NCBI GenBank assembly: GCA_965205485.1
Contig: OZ242180.1
Coordinates: forward strand, 1,280,001 to 1,344,000
Source of the DNA: Candidatus Latescibacterota bacterium
GTDB lineage: Bacteria; Latescibacterota; UBA2968; GCA-2709665
Direction: 5' to 3'
Length of the DNA stretch: 64,000 bases
Within the stretch, counting starts at the first letter, position 1. Each line of letters opens with the position of its first letter. The notes beneath the pieces are model-generated. The model was not told where the DNA came from and searched no databases. It worked only from the letters and a program-made list of their open reading frames with translations. The translations under genes were made by a program, and so were the position numbers. This document shows positions 19,290 to 29,276 of the stretch, piece by piece.

Positions 19290-19660
19290 AGAGCTATAAG
19301 TTATCAGCTATCGTGTAAAAGCAAAAAACGAAAGACAAAAGTCAAAATCAAAATCCACATCTCCCCAAATTCCCTGCCTACGGCGTGTTCCTTTTGAAGC
19401 GACCAAAAGGAACCAAAAGTCGCCGCTGGGCGCGGGGCCTGCCATATGCATAGCGCGAATTGCCACACTGGTTGCACCAAATCCGCTGCCCTACAAGCCA
19501 CCTGATAAAAACAATCGTCGGCGATGAACGGAACCGCGCGCTCTGCTTTGGTAGTGCTTGGGTCGGGTAATGTGATAAACAACCGACGGGCAATCCGGGT
19601 GCAAGCAGGAATTCGTGGTTTTTTGTAGGGGCGACCGGCCGGTCGCCCTTGCGCAATCAA
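19290..19660. repeat. Intergenic repeat cluster (heptamer run, A-rich tract, GTAG-REP)
   Basis: AGCTATAAGTTATCAGCTATC near 19292; GTAGGGGCGACCGGCCGGTCGCCC at 19625-19648 is identical to 23319-23342. Confidence 0.65.
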
Positions 19661-19811
19661 CGGGTGGGTTGGCACAACAAGTAGACATTCGCGGAATAGT
19701 GTTCCGCATATTTCGCCTGCACGCCTTACCTCTTCTTGCGTCTGCCCGATGTTCCCACCTCTCCCGTCTCCCTGCCCTTCATCCTTCTTCCTTTTTCCTT
19801 CTTCGTTTTTT

Positions 19812-20924
19812 TTACACCGGATAATTGACCTTTAAATCGTTGAAATCATCGTTCAGTTCGTACGCTTTCCCTTCCGCGCGGGCGCGGTCCTTGTCAACAT
19901 CGTTGGCGTTCTTGACGAAGGCGTTGCTGACGACGTCCTCCGCCTTGTAGTGATTCTGAATCTGACCGAGTTCGTGGACGGTGTCGATATAGGCCTGCCA
20001 GGATTCCAGGTCGCTGTACCCGTAGCCTTTTCCGATGCGGTCGCCGTCAAAGTAGATGGTGCCCAGTTCGAGCATGGAATCCAGCGCGAGTTGCGGCGCC
20101 ATCTGCTCGCGCAGGGCCGGAAAGCGGCCATAGGTGATCTGGCCGGCCGCGCGCGGATTGGCCCGCGAAAACTCGTAGGCCAGACAGTTGGCCTTGAAGA
20201 AGCGCGTCCAGATGTCCACGCGTTTTTCGTCCTTCAGGTCATCGCTGTGTATGGCGTAACCGTTGGAAGGATGATTTGAGAACTCCATCCCGACCAGAAA
20301 CTTGAGCTTCATTCCGAGGGCCTTCCACTGGGCGGCCAGCCCCCGCCAGGCAAGCCCCGCGTCCGCTCGTCCGAGCGCGACCATTTGTCCCCACTGAGGG
20401 CCGCCATTGAGGTAGGTGACGGATTTGGGATCCAGCCCGGCTTCCACGAGGATGGGATCGATGATCACGCGCCATCCTTCCGAGGCGACGGCGATCTTCT
20501 TCCCTGCCAGATCCTGCACTTTCGTGATCGGACTGTCTTCCGGCAACGCGAAGTCAAAGACCTGCTTCATCACCATCTCCCACACGAGGACCACCGGGAT
20601 CCCCGCGTCGATGCTGGAGAGCAGGACGCCGGGAGACGGAAACCCCATATCAGCCTGTTTCTGGCCGACCAGTTTGGTTACCGCCAGGGCTTCCGTGGGA
20701 CCGGGTTGCAGCACCACGTCCAGGTTCATTTCCTTGAAGTAGCCCATTTCGTGGGCGACCCAGAGGTTGAAGTCGTCCATCACCTCCAGGTTTCCGCGGG
20801 GAGAAACCCAGACGACTTTGTCGGCTTCGCCCGCATTGAGCGGGTTGGCGGGGATGCAGAGCATGACGCCCATGGCCGATGAATACCCCAGAAATTCGCG
20901 GCGGGTAAGGGTGTCTTTCTTCAT
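19812..20924 (-). CDS. ABC transporter substrate-binding protein (NMT1/THI5/SsuA-like) with Tat signal
   Basis: MKKDTLTRREFLG twin-arginine motif; GYFKEMNLDV, DLAGKKIAV, NPRAA. Confidence 0.85.
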   Translation of the reverse strand: MKKDTLTRREFLGYSSAMGVMLCIPANPLNAGEADKVVWVSPRGNLEVMDDFNLWVAHEMGYFKEMNLDVVLQPGPTEALAVTKLVGQKQADMGFPSPGVLLSSIDAGIPVVLVWEMVMKQVFDFALPEDSPITKVQDLAGKKIAVASEGWRVIIDPILVEAGLDPKSVTYLNGGPQWGQMVALGRADAGLAWRGLAAQWKALGMKLKFLVGMEFSNHPSNGYAIHSDDLKDEKRVDIWTRFFKANCLAYEFSRANPRAAGQITYGRFPALREQMAPQLALDSMLELGTIYFDGDRIGKGYGYSDLESWQAYIDTVHELGQIQNHYKAEDVVSNAFVKNANDVDKDRARAEGKAYELNDDFNDLKVNYPV

Positions 20925-20997
20925 TTCATTTCCTCCGGTTTGAATCTTGCCGGTTGGCGAAAGCGTCGTCACCTCTCCACTCGGCCCCCTCGGCACA

Positions 20998-21235
20998 AGC
21001 TATCAGCTGTCAGCCCTCAGCCGTCAGCCAAAAACGAAAACCAAAGTCAAAACCAACCTCTCCCCCCGTCCCCCTCTCCTAAAGGAAAGGGGGAGACAAG
21101 CGAAGCGGTACGTTGACGCCCGACCAGATTAACTCTCATTGACGCGAGAACGTCATCTCCGTTTTTTCTCAAGGACAAGACACCGACGAACCCCGGTTCC
21201 CCCTTCCTTCAGGAAGGGGGTCAGGGGGTAGGTCT
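20998..21235. repeat. Heptamer run plus inverted pair of CCCCTCTCC/GGAAGGGG hairpin repeats
   Basis: AGCTATCAGCTGTCAGCCCTCAGCCGTCAGC; ACCTCTCCCCCCGTCCCCTCTCCTAAAGGAAAGGGGGAG at 21056; CCCCTTCCTTCAGGAAGGGGTCAGGGGGTAGGT at about 21200. Confidence 0.7.
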
Positions 21236-21330
21236 CGTGAGGATTCTTATCGTCCCGGAGGCAAGGTGGTATAACAAACCGGGCAAGGGCTTCTTCTCAC
21301 GTCTCACCTCTTCCGTCTCCCCGCCTTTCG

Positions 21331-22131
21331 CTAATTCTCCCAGTTCGCCCATTTCTTGCCGATCAGGTAAAAGGCGACATAAAGGCCGATCCCGATCGCG
21401 GCGATGAGGATGATCACGGCGAAAAAACTGGACATGCGCGCGAGTGAAGAATAATAGACGAGTCGATTGCCCAGGCCGGACCCGCCACCCACCATCTCCG
21501 CGCCGATCGCCGTCAGCAGTCCGAAAATGCCGCCGACCATGAGTCCGACGATGATCATCGGCAGCGCGAGTGGAAAGCGGACCTTGTAGAAGATCTGAAG
21601 CGTCGAGGCGCCGTATGAGCGGGCCAGGGCGATCTTCGCAAGGTCGGTCCTGCGGAAACCCGTAGCTGCGTTGATCATGACCATCGGACCCACCGCGAGA
21701 GCGACCGCGATGACACGGGGCGTCTGTCCGAACCCGAACTTGAGGATCAGCAGCGGGACGAGGGCGAGCATGGGCGTGGTGACCAGAATCAGGATATAAG
21801 GCGTGACGATCTTTTCTGCAAAGGGGAACTGCGTGATGAGCGCGGCCAAAAGAATGCCGGCGACGGCACCGATCGCGTATCCCAGACCCAGTTCCTGAAG
21901 CGTAACCAGCAGGTGGGGCCAGAGTAACGGGAAGGACCGGTAGAGCGCGGATGCGATCTCGCTCGGAAGCGGGAAGACATAGGACGGGATGTCCCACGCG
22001 CGGACCACGAGTTCGGAAGCCCCCACAACCGCTACCGCCACACCGGCGATTACGGCGACCTGTACGCCGGCGAAGCTGACGGACGTCAGCGCGGACCAGT
22101 TGATGGGTTGTTTTTCGTGTTTAGTAGACAT
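21331..22131 (-). CDS. ABC transporter permease (NitT/TauT family)
   Basis: FPLPSEI, EAA-like LARSYGASTLQIFYKVRFPLALP, AEMVGGGSGLG. Confidence 0.9.
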   Translation of the reverse strand: MSTKHEKQPINWSALTSVSFAGVQVAVIAGVAVAVVGASELVVRAWDIPSYVFPLPSEIASALYRSFPLLWPHLLVTLQELGLGYAIGAVAGILLAALITQFPFAEKIVTPYILILVTTPMLALVPLLILKFGFGQTPRVIAVALAVGPMVMINAATGFRRTDLAKIALARSYGASTLQIFYKVRFPLALPMIIVGLMVGGIFGLLTAIGAEMVGGGSGLGNRLVYYSSLARMSSFFAVIILIAAIGIGLYVAFYLIGKKWANWEN

Positions 22132-22281
22132 AGAATGAGCTATCAGCTATCAGTGGTCAGCTGTCAGCAAAAAGCAAGAAACGGAAACCAACAGCCACCT
22201 CCCCACCGCCACGCAGACCTCTCTCGCGCGGGAGAGTGGGAGGGAAAGCAGGTTTCGCGTGCCGAGTTGTGTTGCCAATCG

Positions 22282-23070
22282 TCACGTTGACGTCGCATAA
22301 TTCTGAACGTCCTGAAAGATCGTCTGTTTGATTTCGGCGACGATTTCGAAGAAATGGGGTTCGGCGGTCACGGACAGCGGCCGCGGGCGAGGTAGATCGA
22401 TGTCGTAGATCTTCGAGTTCCTGCCCGGACGGGGCGTCATCACGTAAACCCGATCGGAAAGGTAGACGGCTTCGGGGATCTGGTGGGTGACGAAGACAAT
22501 GGTCTTGCGGGACTGTTCCCAGATGTTGAGGAGCATCAGGTTCATTTCGTCCCGCGTGAAGGCGTCCAGGGCGCCGAAGGGTTCGTCCATCAGCAGGACC
22601 CGCGGGTCGTACGCCAGCGCACGGACGATGGAAGCCCGTTGCTGCATGCCTCCCGAGAGTTCGCCGGGGTAATGGCGTTCGAAGCCCTTCAGGGCCGTGA
22701 TCTCGATCAGGTCGTCGATTCGTTCCCGGTATTTCCCGGGGTCTTCCCTCATGATTTCGAATGGAAAACGGATATTCTGCAGCAGGTTCCGCCATGGCAG
22801 CAGATTGGAGGTCTGGAAAACCATGCCGATCTCCCGCCGGGGTTCCACGACCTGCTGTCCGTTTACCGTAATTTTCCCTTCGGTGAGCGGCCAGAGCGCC
22901 GCCATGGCCCAGAGCAGCGTGCTCTTTCCGCAGCCGCTCGGACCGACGATCGACACCAGTTCGCCTTCCCGAACAGAAAGATCGAACCCGTCCAGCGCCT
23001 GGACTTCCCCGCGGTCTCCGGCAAAGGTCTTGCACGCATTCTCAACGGTGATGATGGGCGGGCTTTGCAT
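22282..23070 (-). CDS. ABC transporter ATP-binding protein (NitT/TauT family)
   Basis: Walker A GPSGCGKST, LSGGMQQR, LLMDEPFGALD, FVTH. Confidence 0.95.
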   Translation of the reverse strand: MQSPPIITVENACKTFAGDRGEVQALDGFDLSVREGELVSIVGPSGCGKSTLLWAMAALWPLTEGKITVNGQQVVEPRREIGMVFQTSNLLPWRNLLQNIRFPFEIMREDPGKYRERIDDLIEITALKGFERHYPGELSGGMQQRASIVRALAYDPRVLLMDEPFGALDAFTRDEMNLMLLNIWEQSRKTIVFVTHQIPEAVYLSDRVYVMTPRPGRNSKIYDIDLPRPRPLSVTAEPHFFEIVAEIKQTIFQDVQNYATST

Positions 23071-23318
23071 CGGCTGAAATATAGAACGCCGCAAGTGCGC
23101 GGGGAACGAGGGCAATAGATTCGAGCCCAACGGGATGGGCGCGTTGCGGCTGGTTGGAAACACCAGGATGACGACCGGGAGTATATCGGATTTAGGGAGA
23201 TGGAACAAGGGATTTCTGGCGTGAAGGAAGTAGGAAAAAGGAAGAAGAAAGAGGACCACACCGCGCCCACGGCACGTCGATACGGCCTGGCGAAATCAAT
23301 TCACGGATGCCTGATTTC

Positions 23319-23495
23319 GTAGGGGCGACCGGCCGGTCGCCCATTTGCAACCCGGATTCCGGTTCACACGAAGGCGCCAAGACCTCTCCCCCCGGCCCCC
23401 TCTCCTGAAGGAAAGGGGAAGTAAAACCAGGGGATGGGCTAATGCGAAATTTGTCCGATGTCCGGTTTATGTAGGGGCCGTCCGCGAACCATCCA
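23319..23495. repeat. GTAG-REP elements and hairpin repeat
   Basis: GTAGGGGCGACCGGCCGGTCGCCC at 23319; CCCCCGGCCCCCTCTCCTGAAGGAAAGGGGAAG near 23388; GTAGGGGCCGTCCGCGAACC at 23471. Confidence 0.7.
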
Positions 23496-23652
23496 TGCAG
23501 CGTACAGGAGCCGGCGGTGGGGGACCAGACTACGAATCCACGCGACGGTCGGCGACGAAGAACAGAGATGGGAAGCCGGGTTCGATTCATCAGACGATAT
23601 GTGCTGTTTCAGACCGAGTTTTCCGGCACCTCCCTGATACTTTAAACTGGAT

Positions 23653-25623
23653 TCAAACGGCTTCAGTTACCGCTCCTCGCATCGCCAGGATGTACTTCGC
23701 CCGATCCAGCGGCGATATCCCCTTGTAGGGCCGCACGACGCCCTCGCCCGGCGGGCACGGCTCATATCCGTCGTACTTGAAGGAGAATTTCGCCGTTCCG
23801 CCTGTCAACGAGTTCAGCCGGATCGAATAGTCCATCGAAGTCGCAAGGGGTAATCGTCCCGTAACCGATAACGCACCTCCGTCTGCCTCTACTGGATCGA
23901 AGGTGCCGCGCGCGTTTATGATGTCCGACGTGATCCTGCCAACGTAGGTCTCGGCCACCGTGATTTTGAACGCCAGTATCGGTTCGAGCAGAATCGACCC
24001 GGTCTCGGTCAGCCCTTTCAACACCGCGATATTCGTCGCGAGTTTGAAATTGCCCGCACGGCTGTGCAGAACGTGATCGCTCCCCTCCACCAGGGTAATC
24101 TTCAGATCCGTGACTTCCCATCCCTTGATTCCCTGCCTGAACGCGCCCTCGATCGATCTTTCGATCTCCTTCTGATATCGTGCCTTGATGTCGTTGACGC
24201 CGACCTGTGACGAATAAACGACACCGCTTCCCGGCTCGCCCGGTTCGATCCGATACTTCACGATGGCCCAACACGGTTTCGGCATCGTGTAGCGCTCGAT
24301 GCCGAAGCCGACCGAAGCAGGTGTCTCCTTGTAAATGACCGCTGGGTCACTAAACCGCGCCTTTATGCCAAATCGCGCATCGAGCATCTCGGTCAGAATC
24401 TCCGCCTGAACCGGGCCCATGATCTTCAACTGCAGTTCGCGTTCATCCTCGAACCACGTGAAGTTGAGGTGTGGGTCTTCGCTCGACAACTGTTGCAGCG
24501 CCCCGGCCAGCAGAGCGTGATCCGCCTCGTGTTCCGGGATTGCCTGTACCGACAGCAGCGGCTCTCCGAGTTCGCAGGACCCGGGGATGGGGCCCGGGTC
24601 GCCCAGGATGTCGCCAATCTTCGCCTCCGGCATCCCGCAGAAGAAACCGATGTCGCCGGCGGAGAGGGCGCCCGTGTCCTCGTATCGATTGAGATAGGAT
24701 TTCTTGATCTGCGTAATCTTCTCGTCGCGATCAGCCGTAACATTCCGGATGATATCTCTGTTTTGGAGTCGTCCTGCAAAGAGACGAACGCCGGCGATGC
24801 GCCCAAGTTTCGGATCGTGGTCGAGCTTGAACACCACACCGGAGGGTGGACGTGAGTCATCGACATTCGCATCGGGGAACCAGGCCACGATCTTCCCCAG
24901 CAGTTCCTCCGTTCCGATCATGTTCTTGGCCACACCGCAGAGTATGGGAAACAGTTCTCTCCTGGCCGTGCAAGCCGCAATCACTTTCTCGATCTCTGCT
25001 TTTGAAATTGGCTCCTCGTTCAGAAATCGCTCCAGGAGTGCGTCGTCCTTCGCGGCTACGGTCTCTGCCAGGACGGCTTGACCGTCCGCGTCAAGATCGG
25101 TCATGCGCGCGTCCGATTCGCCTTCCTTCTCCGGCTGATTGACCAGTATCACGTCGCGCGAAAATCGACGCTTCAGATCATCGACGACCCTCGCCGTATC
25201 CGCGCCGATCCGATCCAGTTTGTTCACGAACACGATGACGGGTACGTTCAGCGCTTCCAGCGCGGCCCATATCGACTCAGTCTGGGCCTGGATGCCTTCG
25301 ACCGCGGAAAGAACGAGAACGGCGCAGTCCAGCACCCGAAGAGACCGTTCGACTTCGGCGGAAAAATCGACGTGACCCGGCGTGTCGATCAGGTTGATCC
25401 TCACGCCCTCCCACTCAAATGACATCGCCGATGCCCGGACCGAGATCCCTCGCCGCCTCTCCACGTCGAGCGTGTCGGAGAGGCTTGTTCCCTTGTCGAC
25501 ACTTCCGGCCATGCGGATGGCACCGCTCTGGAACAGCAGATTCTCAGTCACGGTCGTCTTGCCGGCATCGACGTGCGCGAGGATACCAAGATTGCGTATT
25601 CTCGAGGGATCTCCAGGAGACAC
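23653..25623 (-). CDS. TetM/TetO-like translational GTPase (ribosomal protection protein-like, EF-G paralog)
   Basis: AHVDAGKTT, GSVDKG, ERRRGIS, DTPGHVDF, NKLD, GIKGWEVTDLKITL; about 656 aa from GTG 25623. Confidence 0.85.
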   Translation of the reverse strand: MSPGDPSRIRNLGILAHVDAGKTTVTENLLFQSGAIRMAGSVDKGTSLSDTLDVERRRGISVRASAMSFEWEGVRINLIDTPGHVDFSAEVERSLRVLDCAVLVLSAVEGIQAQTESIWAALEALNVPVIVFVNKLDRIGADTARVVDDLKRRFSRDVILVNQPEKEGESDARMTDLDADGQAVLAETVAAKDDALLERFLNEEPISKAEIEKVIAACTARRELFPILCGVAKNMIGTEELLGKIVAWFPDANVDDSRPPSGVVFKLDHDPKLGRIAGVRLFAGRLQNRDIIRNVTADRDEKITQIKKSYLNRYEDTGALSAGDIGFFCGMPEAKIGDILGDPGPIPGSCELGEPLLSVQAIPEHEADHALLAGALQQLSSEDPHLNFTWFEDERELQLKIMGPVQAEILTEMLDARFGIKARFSDPAVIYKETPASVGFGIERYTMPKPCWAIVKYRIEPGEPGSGVVYSSQVGVNDIKARYQKEIERSIEGAFRQGIKGWEVTDLKITLVEGSDHVLHSRAGNFKLATNIAVLKGLTETGSILLEPILAFKITVAETYVGRITSDIINARGTFDPVEADGGALSVTGRLPLATSMDYSIRLNSLTGGTAKFSFKYDGYEPCPPGEGVVRPYKGISPLDRAKYILAMRGAVTEAV

Positions 25624-26061
25624 AGGATAATCGTTCCAATGGCGGGTGGCTTGAGACAATCGACGTGCTGGGGTGGTACACACTTCATGATAAACAAAAG
25701 TCGTCATGCCTGCGAGAAAGTCCCGCAGCGGGGCAGGCGTAAACGTCGGTTCTGACGACGGCGCCAGACGTCTCCCCCCGGCCCCCTCTCCTGAAGGAAA
25801 GGGGAAGGAAAACCAGGAAAACCGGCCTAACACGGAAACATGAAAGGACACAAAGCGAATGCCGGATACAGGGACAAGGCGGGCAACCACAAGGGTTGCC
25901 CCGACAAATGCGAGGATTTCTCCGGACGGGCAATACCTCCCTGCCGAGCGGAACCCGGCGCATGCCGGTTCCTTGATACAACAGCATCTGTCTTTTAACC
26001 TCTTCGCTTGACAAGATGAACCCAATTGACGTACTTTTTCCGAACAGATCGGAGGTGCGCC

Positions 26062-26292
26062 ATGAGTGGGAAACTCTTCAACGAAGACAATATGCGATTG
26101 GTCGTCTTGCTATTGGCCATCTGGGGTCTGATGTGGAACTTTTCATCCGGAATCAACCAAAGAATAGACAGATTGGAAGATAAGATTGAAACGAAATTTG
26201 ATACCGTTGACAGGAAACTGGAAAGAATAGATGCACGTCTGGACGCCTTCGGGGAACGCATCGCCGCAAACGAAGCAAGACTCAAAGAGTAA
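26062..26292 (+). CDS. Small membrane-anchored coiled-coil protein
   Basis: RBS GGAGG; one TM helix LVVLLLAIWGLMW; heptad-like tail RIDRLEDKIETKFDTVDRKLERIDARLD; hairpin downstream at 26318-26355. Confidence 0.65.
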   Translation: MSGKLFNEDNMRLVVLLLAIWGLMWNFSSGINQRIDRLEDKIETKFDTVDRKLERIDARLDAFGERIAANEARLKE

Positions 26293-26495
26293 AAATCCAT
26301 CCCATCCAAGACGATGACAACGGCCTGCCAGCAAGACACATTGGCAGGCCTTGTTATTTCCCCCTTCTTTTCCCCTTCCTCCTTGCCTCTATCCGCGCAT
26401 TTTCTTAAAATTACAAGCCCGTGCGCTTCGCGCAGGATGCAACTCGACGCGGTGTTTTCGAAAGACTTCTTCCCTTTCCGGCAACAGGAGAACGA

Positions 26496-27779
26496 ATGCA
26501 GACCGATTACGCGTTTGAGATGGGGACTTCGAATTTGCGGTTCGGACCGGGCGCGACAAGGGAAGTGGGCATGGATCTGTCCGAACTTGGCGCCAGGCGC
26601 GCGATGCTGTTAACGGACCCCAATCTCGTGGACCTGCCGCCTGTGCGGACGGCTGTCGAATCCCTCAAGAGCGAGGGGGTCGATTACGCGCTTTTTGACC
26701 GTGTCCGGGTCGAACCCACGGACGTGTCGTTTCAGGAAGCCATCGACTTTGCACTGGATGGAAACTTCGATGCGTTCGTTGCCGTGGGCGGCGGTTCCTC
26801 CATCGATACGGCAAAAGCCGCGAATCTCTATTCCACCTTTCCCGATGATTTCTACGCGTACGTGAACGCCCCGATCGGCAGCGGCAAGCCGGTTCCCGGC
26901 GCGCTCAAGCCATTGATCGCGATTCCGACGACCGCCGGAACCGGCAGCGAGACCACGGGAGTCACGATATTCGATATCTCCGAGAAACACGTCAAGACCG
27001 GCATCGCCCACCGCCGCCTGAAACCGTCGCTGGGCATTGTCGATCCTGAGAATACGCGAACCATGCCGCCGGTTGTTGCGGCCTCGACGGGCCTGGACGT
27101 GCTCTGCCACGCCCTTGAGTCGTATACGGCGATTCCGTACGACCAGCGCCCGTTGCCCGAACGGCCGATTCTGCGGCCGGCTTACCAGGGTACCAATCCC
27201 ATCAGCGACATGTGGGCGATCAGGGCCATCGAACTGGTCGCGGAGAACATCGTGCGCGCGGTTGCGGATCCGGATGATGACGAGGCGAGGTCGAATATGA
27301 TTCTGGCATCGAGCATGGCTGGGATGGGCTTCGGCAACGCGGGCGTTCATCTCCCTCACGGGATGTCCTATCCCGTCTCGGGGATGGTGCGGGAATACCG
27401 GCCGGAGGGGATGGTAAGCGACCATCCCATCGTGCCCCATGGGATGTCGGTCTTCCTGAACGCGCCGGCAGCCTTCCGGTTTACCGGTCCTGCATGCCCG
27501 GAACGCCATCTCAAGGCCGCGCAACTGCTGGGCGCGGACATTTCCGGGGTGAAGGACCCTGAGACGGAGGCGGGAGGGAACCTCGCCGACCGCATCGTCG
27601 TGCTGATGAAGCGTCTCGAAATGCCCAACGGACTTTCCGCGATCGGGTTTACGGAGGCCGACGTGCCCGCGCTGGTGGAGGGCACGCTACCCCAGCACCG
27701 AGTAACCAAACTGTCGCCGAGGCCGGCCGGCAGAGATGACCTGGCAGCTCTATTCAGGGACGCGCTGACTGCCTGGTAG
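26496..27779 (+). CDS. Hydroxyacid-oxoacid transhydrogenase (iron-containing ADH, ADHFE1-like)
   Basis: DYAFEM..SNLRFGPG.T.EVG, GGGSSID, YVNAPIG.G, PTTAGTGSETT, RPAYQG.NP, GVHLPHGMSYPVSG. Confidence 0.9.
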   Translation: MQTDYAFEMGTSNLRFGPGATREVGMDLSELGARRAMLLTDPNLVDLPPVRTAVESLKSEGVDYALFDRVRVEPTDVSFQEAIDFALDGNFDAFVAVGGGSSIDTAKAANLYSTFPDDFYAYVNAPIGSGKPVPGALKPLIAIPTTAGTGSETTGVTIFDISEKHVKTGIAHRRLKPSLGIVDPENTRTMPPVVAASTGLDVLCHALESYTAIPYDQRPLPERPILRPAYQGTNPISDMWAIRAIELVAENIVRAVADPDDDEARSNMILASSMAGMGFGNAGVHLPHGMSYPVSGMVREYRPEGMVSDHPIVPHGMSVFLNAPAAFRFTGPACPERHLKAAQLLGADISGVKDPETEAGGNLADRIVVLMKRLEMPNGLSAIGFTEADVPALVEGTLPQHRVTKLSPRPAGRDDLAALFRDALTAW

Positions 27780-27812
27780 GAATTGAGCGGATTTCAGGAG
27801 GATGAGACTCGC

Positions 27813-28877
27813 ATGGCTTCGACACGATCGTCAGAGCCACAGGTCGATTTCACCAGAGGACCCGGCGCGGATGGTTCGGATCATTTGCCCCCGTTTCCCG
27901 AAGGATGGTATCTGGTAGAGACGCGGGAGTCCCTTCTGCGGGAAAAACTGATCGAAAAGACCTGGATGGGAGAAGAAATCGTCGCATGGTGCGACGAGGA
28001 GGGCCGCGTCTGCGTGGCCGACTCGATATGCCCGCACCTGGGCTCATCCCTTGGGCCGGACGTTGGCGGGATGGTCTGCAACGGCCGTCTCGTCTGTCCG
28101 TTTCATGGATTCGAGTTCGATACGACCGGCCAATGCGTCGCGACGCCGAACGCTCCGGCGCCCAGAGCCGCGAAGCTGAAGGTCTACGAAACCAGAGAGA
28201 TTCTCGGCCTCGTCTTCGCCTGGTTCGGGAACGGCGGCAGGCCGTCACACTGGGACCTTCCGGGCGAGCCGCCCACCGGCGCCGAGTGGGGCGAAATCGG
28301 ATTCCGGACCCTCCGGTTCCGCGGCCATCCACAGGAAACGGCGGAAAACTCCGTCGACGTGGGGCACCTCCGCTACGTGCACGGCTACGACAAGGTAAAT
28401 CCAGTCGGTTCGTTAACTGTGGACGGTGCCTATCTTAAGAGTTGCTTCGACTTCAGACGCGTTCGCAGGATCCTGGGAGTAAAGGACCTCGTGTACGAAA
28501 TCTCGGCTGTCGCCCACATCCACGGACTGGGCTACTCTTTCGTCGAAATCCACGAGAAAACCATCGACATGCACGCAAGACTGTGGGTGCTTCCCACACC
28601 TGTTGACGGCTCCGTAATCGACCTCGTTCTGGCCGGCCAACTGAGGGAAATCCCAAAGCCCAGGCGGTTCATCTCGGGGCTGGGTTTCTTACCGATGACG
28701 TTGCGCCAACGGCTGATGAATCACATTCTGCTTTCAGCGCAAGAACAGGATGTATTGCAGGACGTGGTAATCTGGGAAAAGAAGCGGCATCGGTCGCCTC
28801 CGCGGCTCTGCCGGGCCGACGGCCCCATAGGCGCCTACCGCCGCTACTGCCGGCAGTTCTATCCGGAACAGCCTTAG
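27813..28877 (+). CDS. Rieske non-heme iron oxygenase, Neverland/DAF-36/KshA-like
   Basis: FPEGWY, Rieske CPHLG...CPFHG, mononuclear Fe ENSVDVGHLRYVH, C-terminal QDVVIWEKK...ADGPI..YRRYC.QFY. Confidence 0.85.
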   Translation: MASTRSSEPQVDFTRGPGADGSDHLPPFPEGWYLVETRESLLREKLIEKTWMGEEIVAWCDEEGRVCVADSICPHLGSSLGPDVGGMVCNGRLVCPFHGFEFDTTGQCVATPNAPAPRAAKLKVYETREILGLVFAWFGNGGRPSHWDLPGEPPTGAEWGEIGFRTLRFRGHPQETAENSVDVGHLRYVHGYDKVNPVGSLTVDGAYLKSCFDFRRVRRILGVKDLVYEISAVAHIHGLGYSFVEIHEKTIDMHARLWVLPTPVDGSVIDLVLAGQLREIPKPRRFISGLGFLPMTLRQRLMNHILLSAQEQDVLQDVVIWEKKRHRSPPRLCRADGPIGAYRRYCRQFYPEQP

Positions 28878-29020
28878 GGCTGATCGATGCGGCCTCCAGC
28901 TCCGCTGATCTGGATCGGAGCATTTTAGATGAGCTATGCAGATAGTATACAGATATATTCCAACGTCAATTACCAAAACAACGCCAGGACTAAATCAGAG
29001 GTTCCAAGCAACCTTGACAA

Positions 29021-29215
29021 GGTAACTGAAATGCTGTATCTTATAATTATATGAACAAGTTACACACTTCCAAAGCGAGTTCGAATCCTTCACCTTCTGC
29101 TTGAGGGAACGTCGATGCGGGCAGAATTTCGCATCATGCGCGTTTCAGTAAAACACCGTCTTCAGGCTGCTGATTGATGCACCCCTTGCCTGCGCAAGAT
29201 TCCACTCTGCTACGC
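29021..29215 (+). mobile_element. Degenerate IS1-family-like transposase N-terminal remnant
   Basis: With two frameshifts reads MNKLHTSK/RVRILHLLLEGTSMRA..RIMRVS/NTVFRLLIDA..ACARFH (HTH); preceded by GGTAACTGAAAT resembling an IS end. Confidence 0.55.
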
Positions 29216-29276
29216 CGAGGCCGTTATTGAGGGCCGCCATCCGACGACAGCAGGTGGCCAGAGGATAATTGGTTAA

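Noticed and set aside
23653..25623. Naming the gene tetM/tetO/fusA
   Set aside because: The diagnostic domain IV loop matches neither family, so no symbol was given
14094..25905. Repeats as a CRISPR array
   Set aside because: No regular repeat-spacer periodicity and no cas genes
25624..26025. N-terminal extension of the TetM-like ORF
   Set aside because: Runs through REP repeats; GTPase homology begins at about 25623
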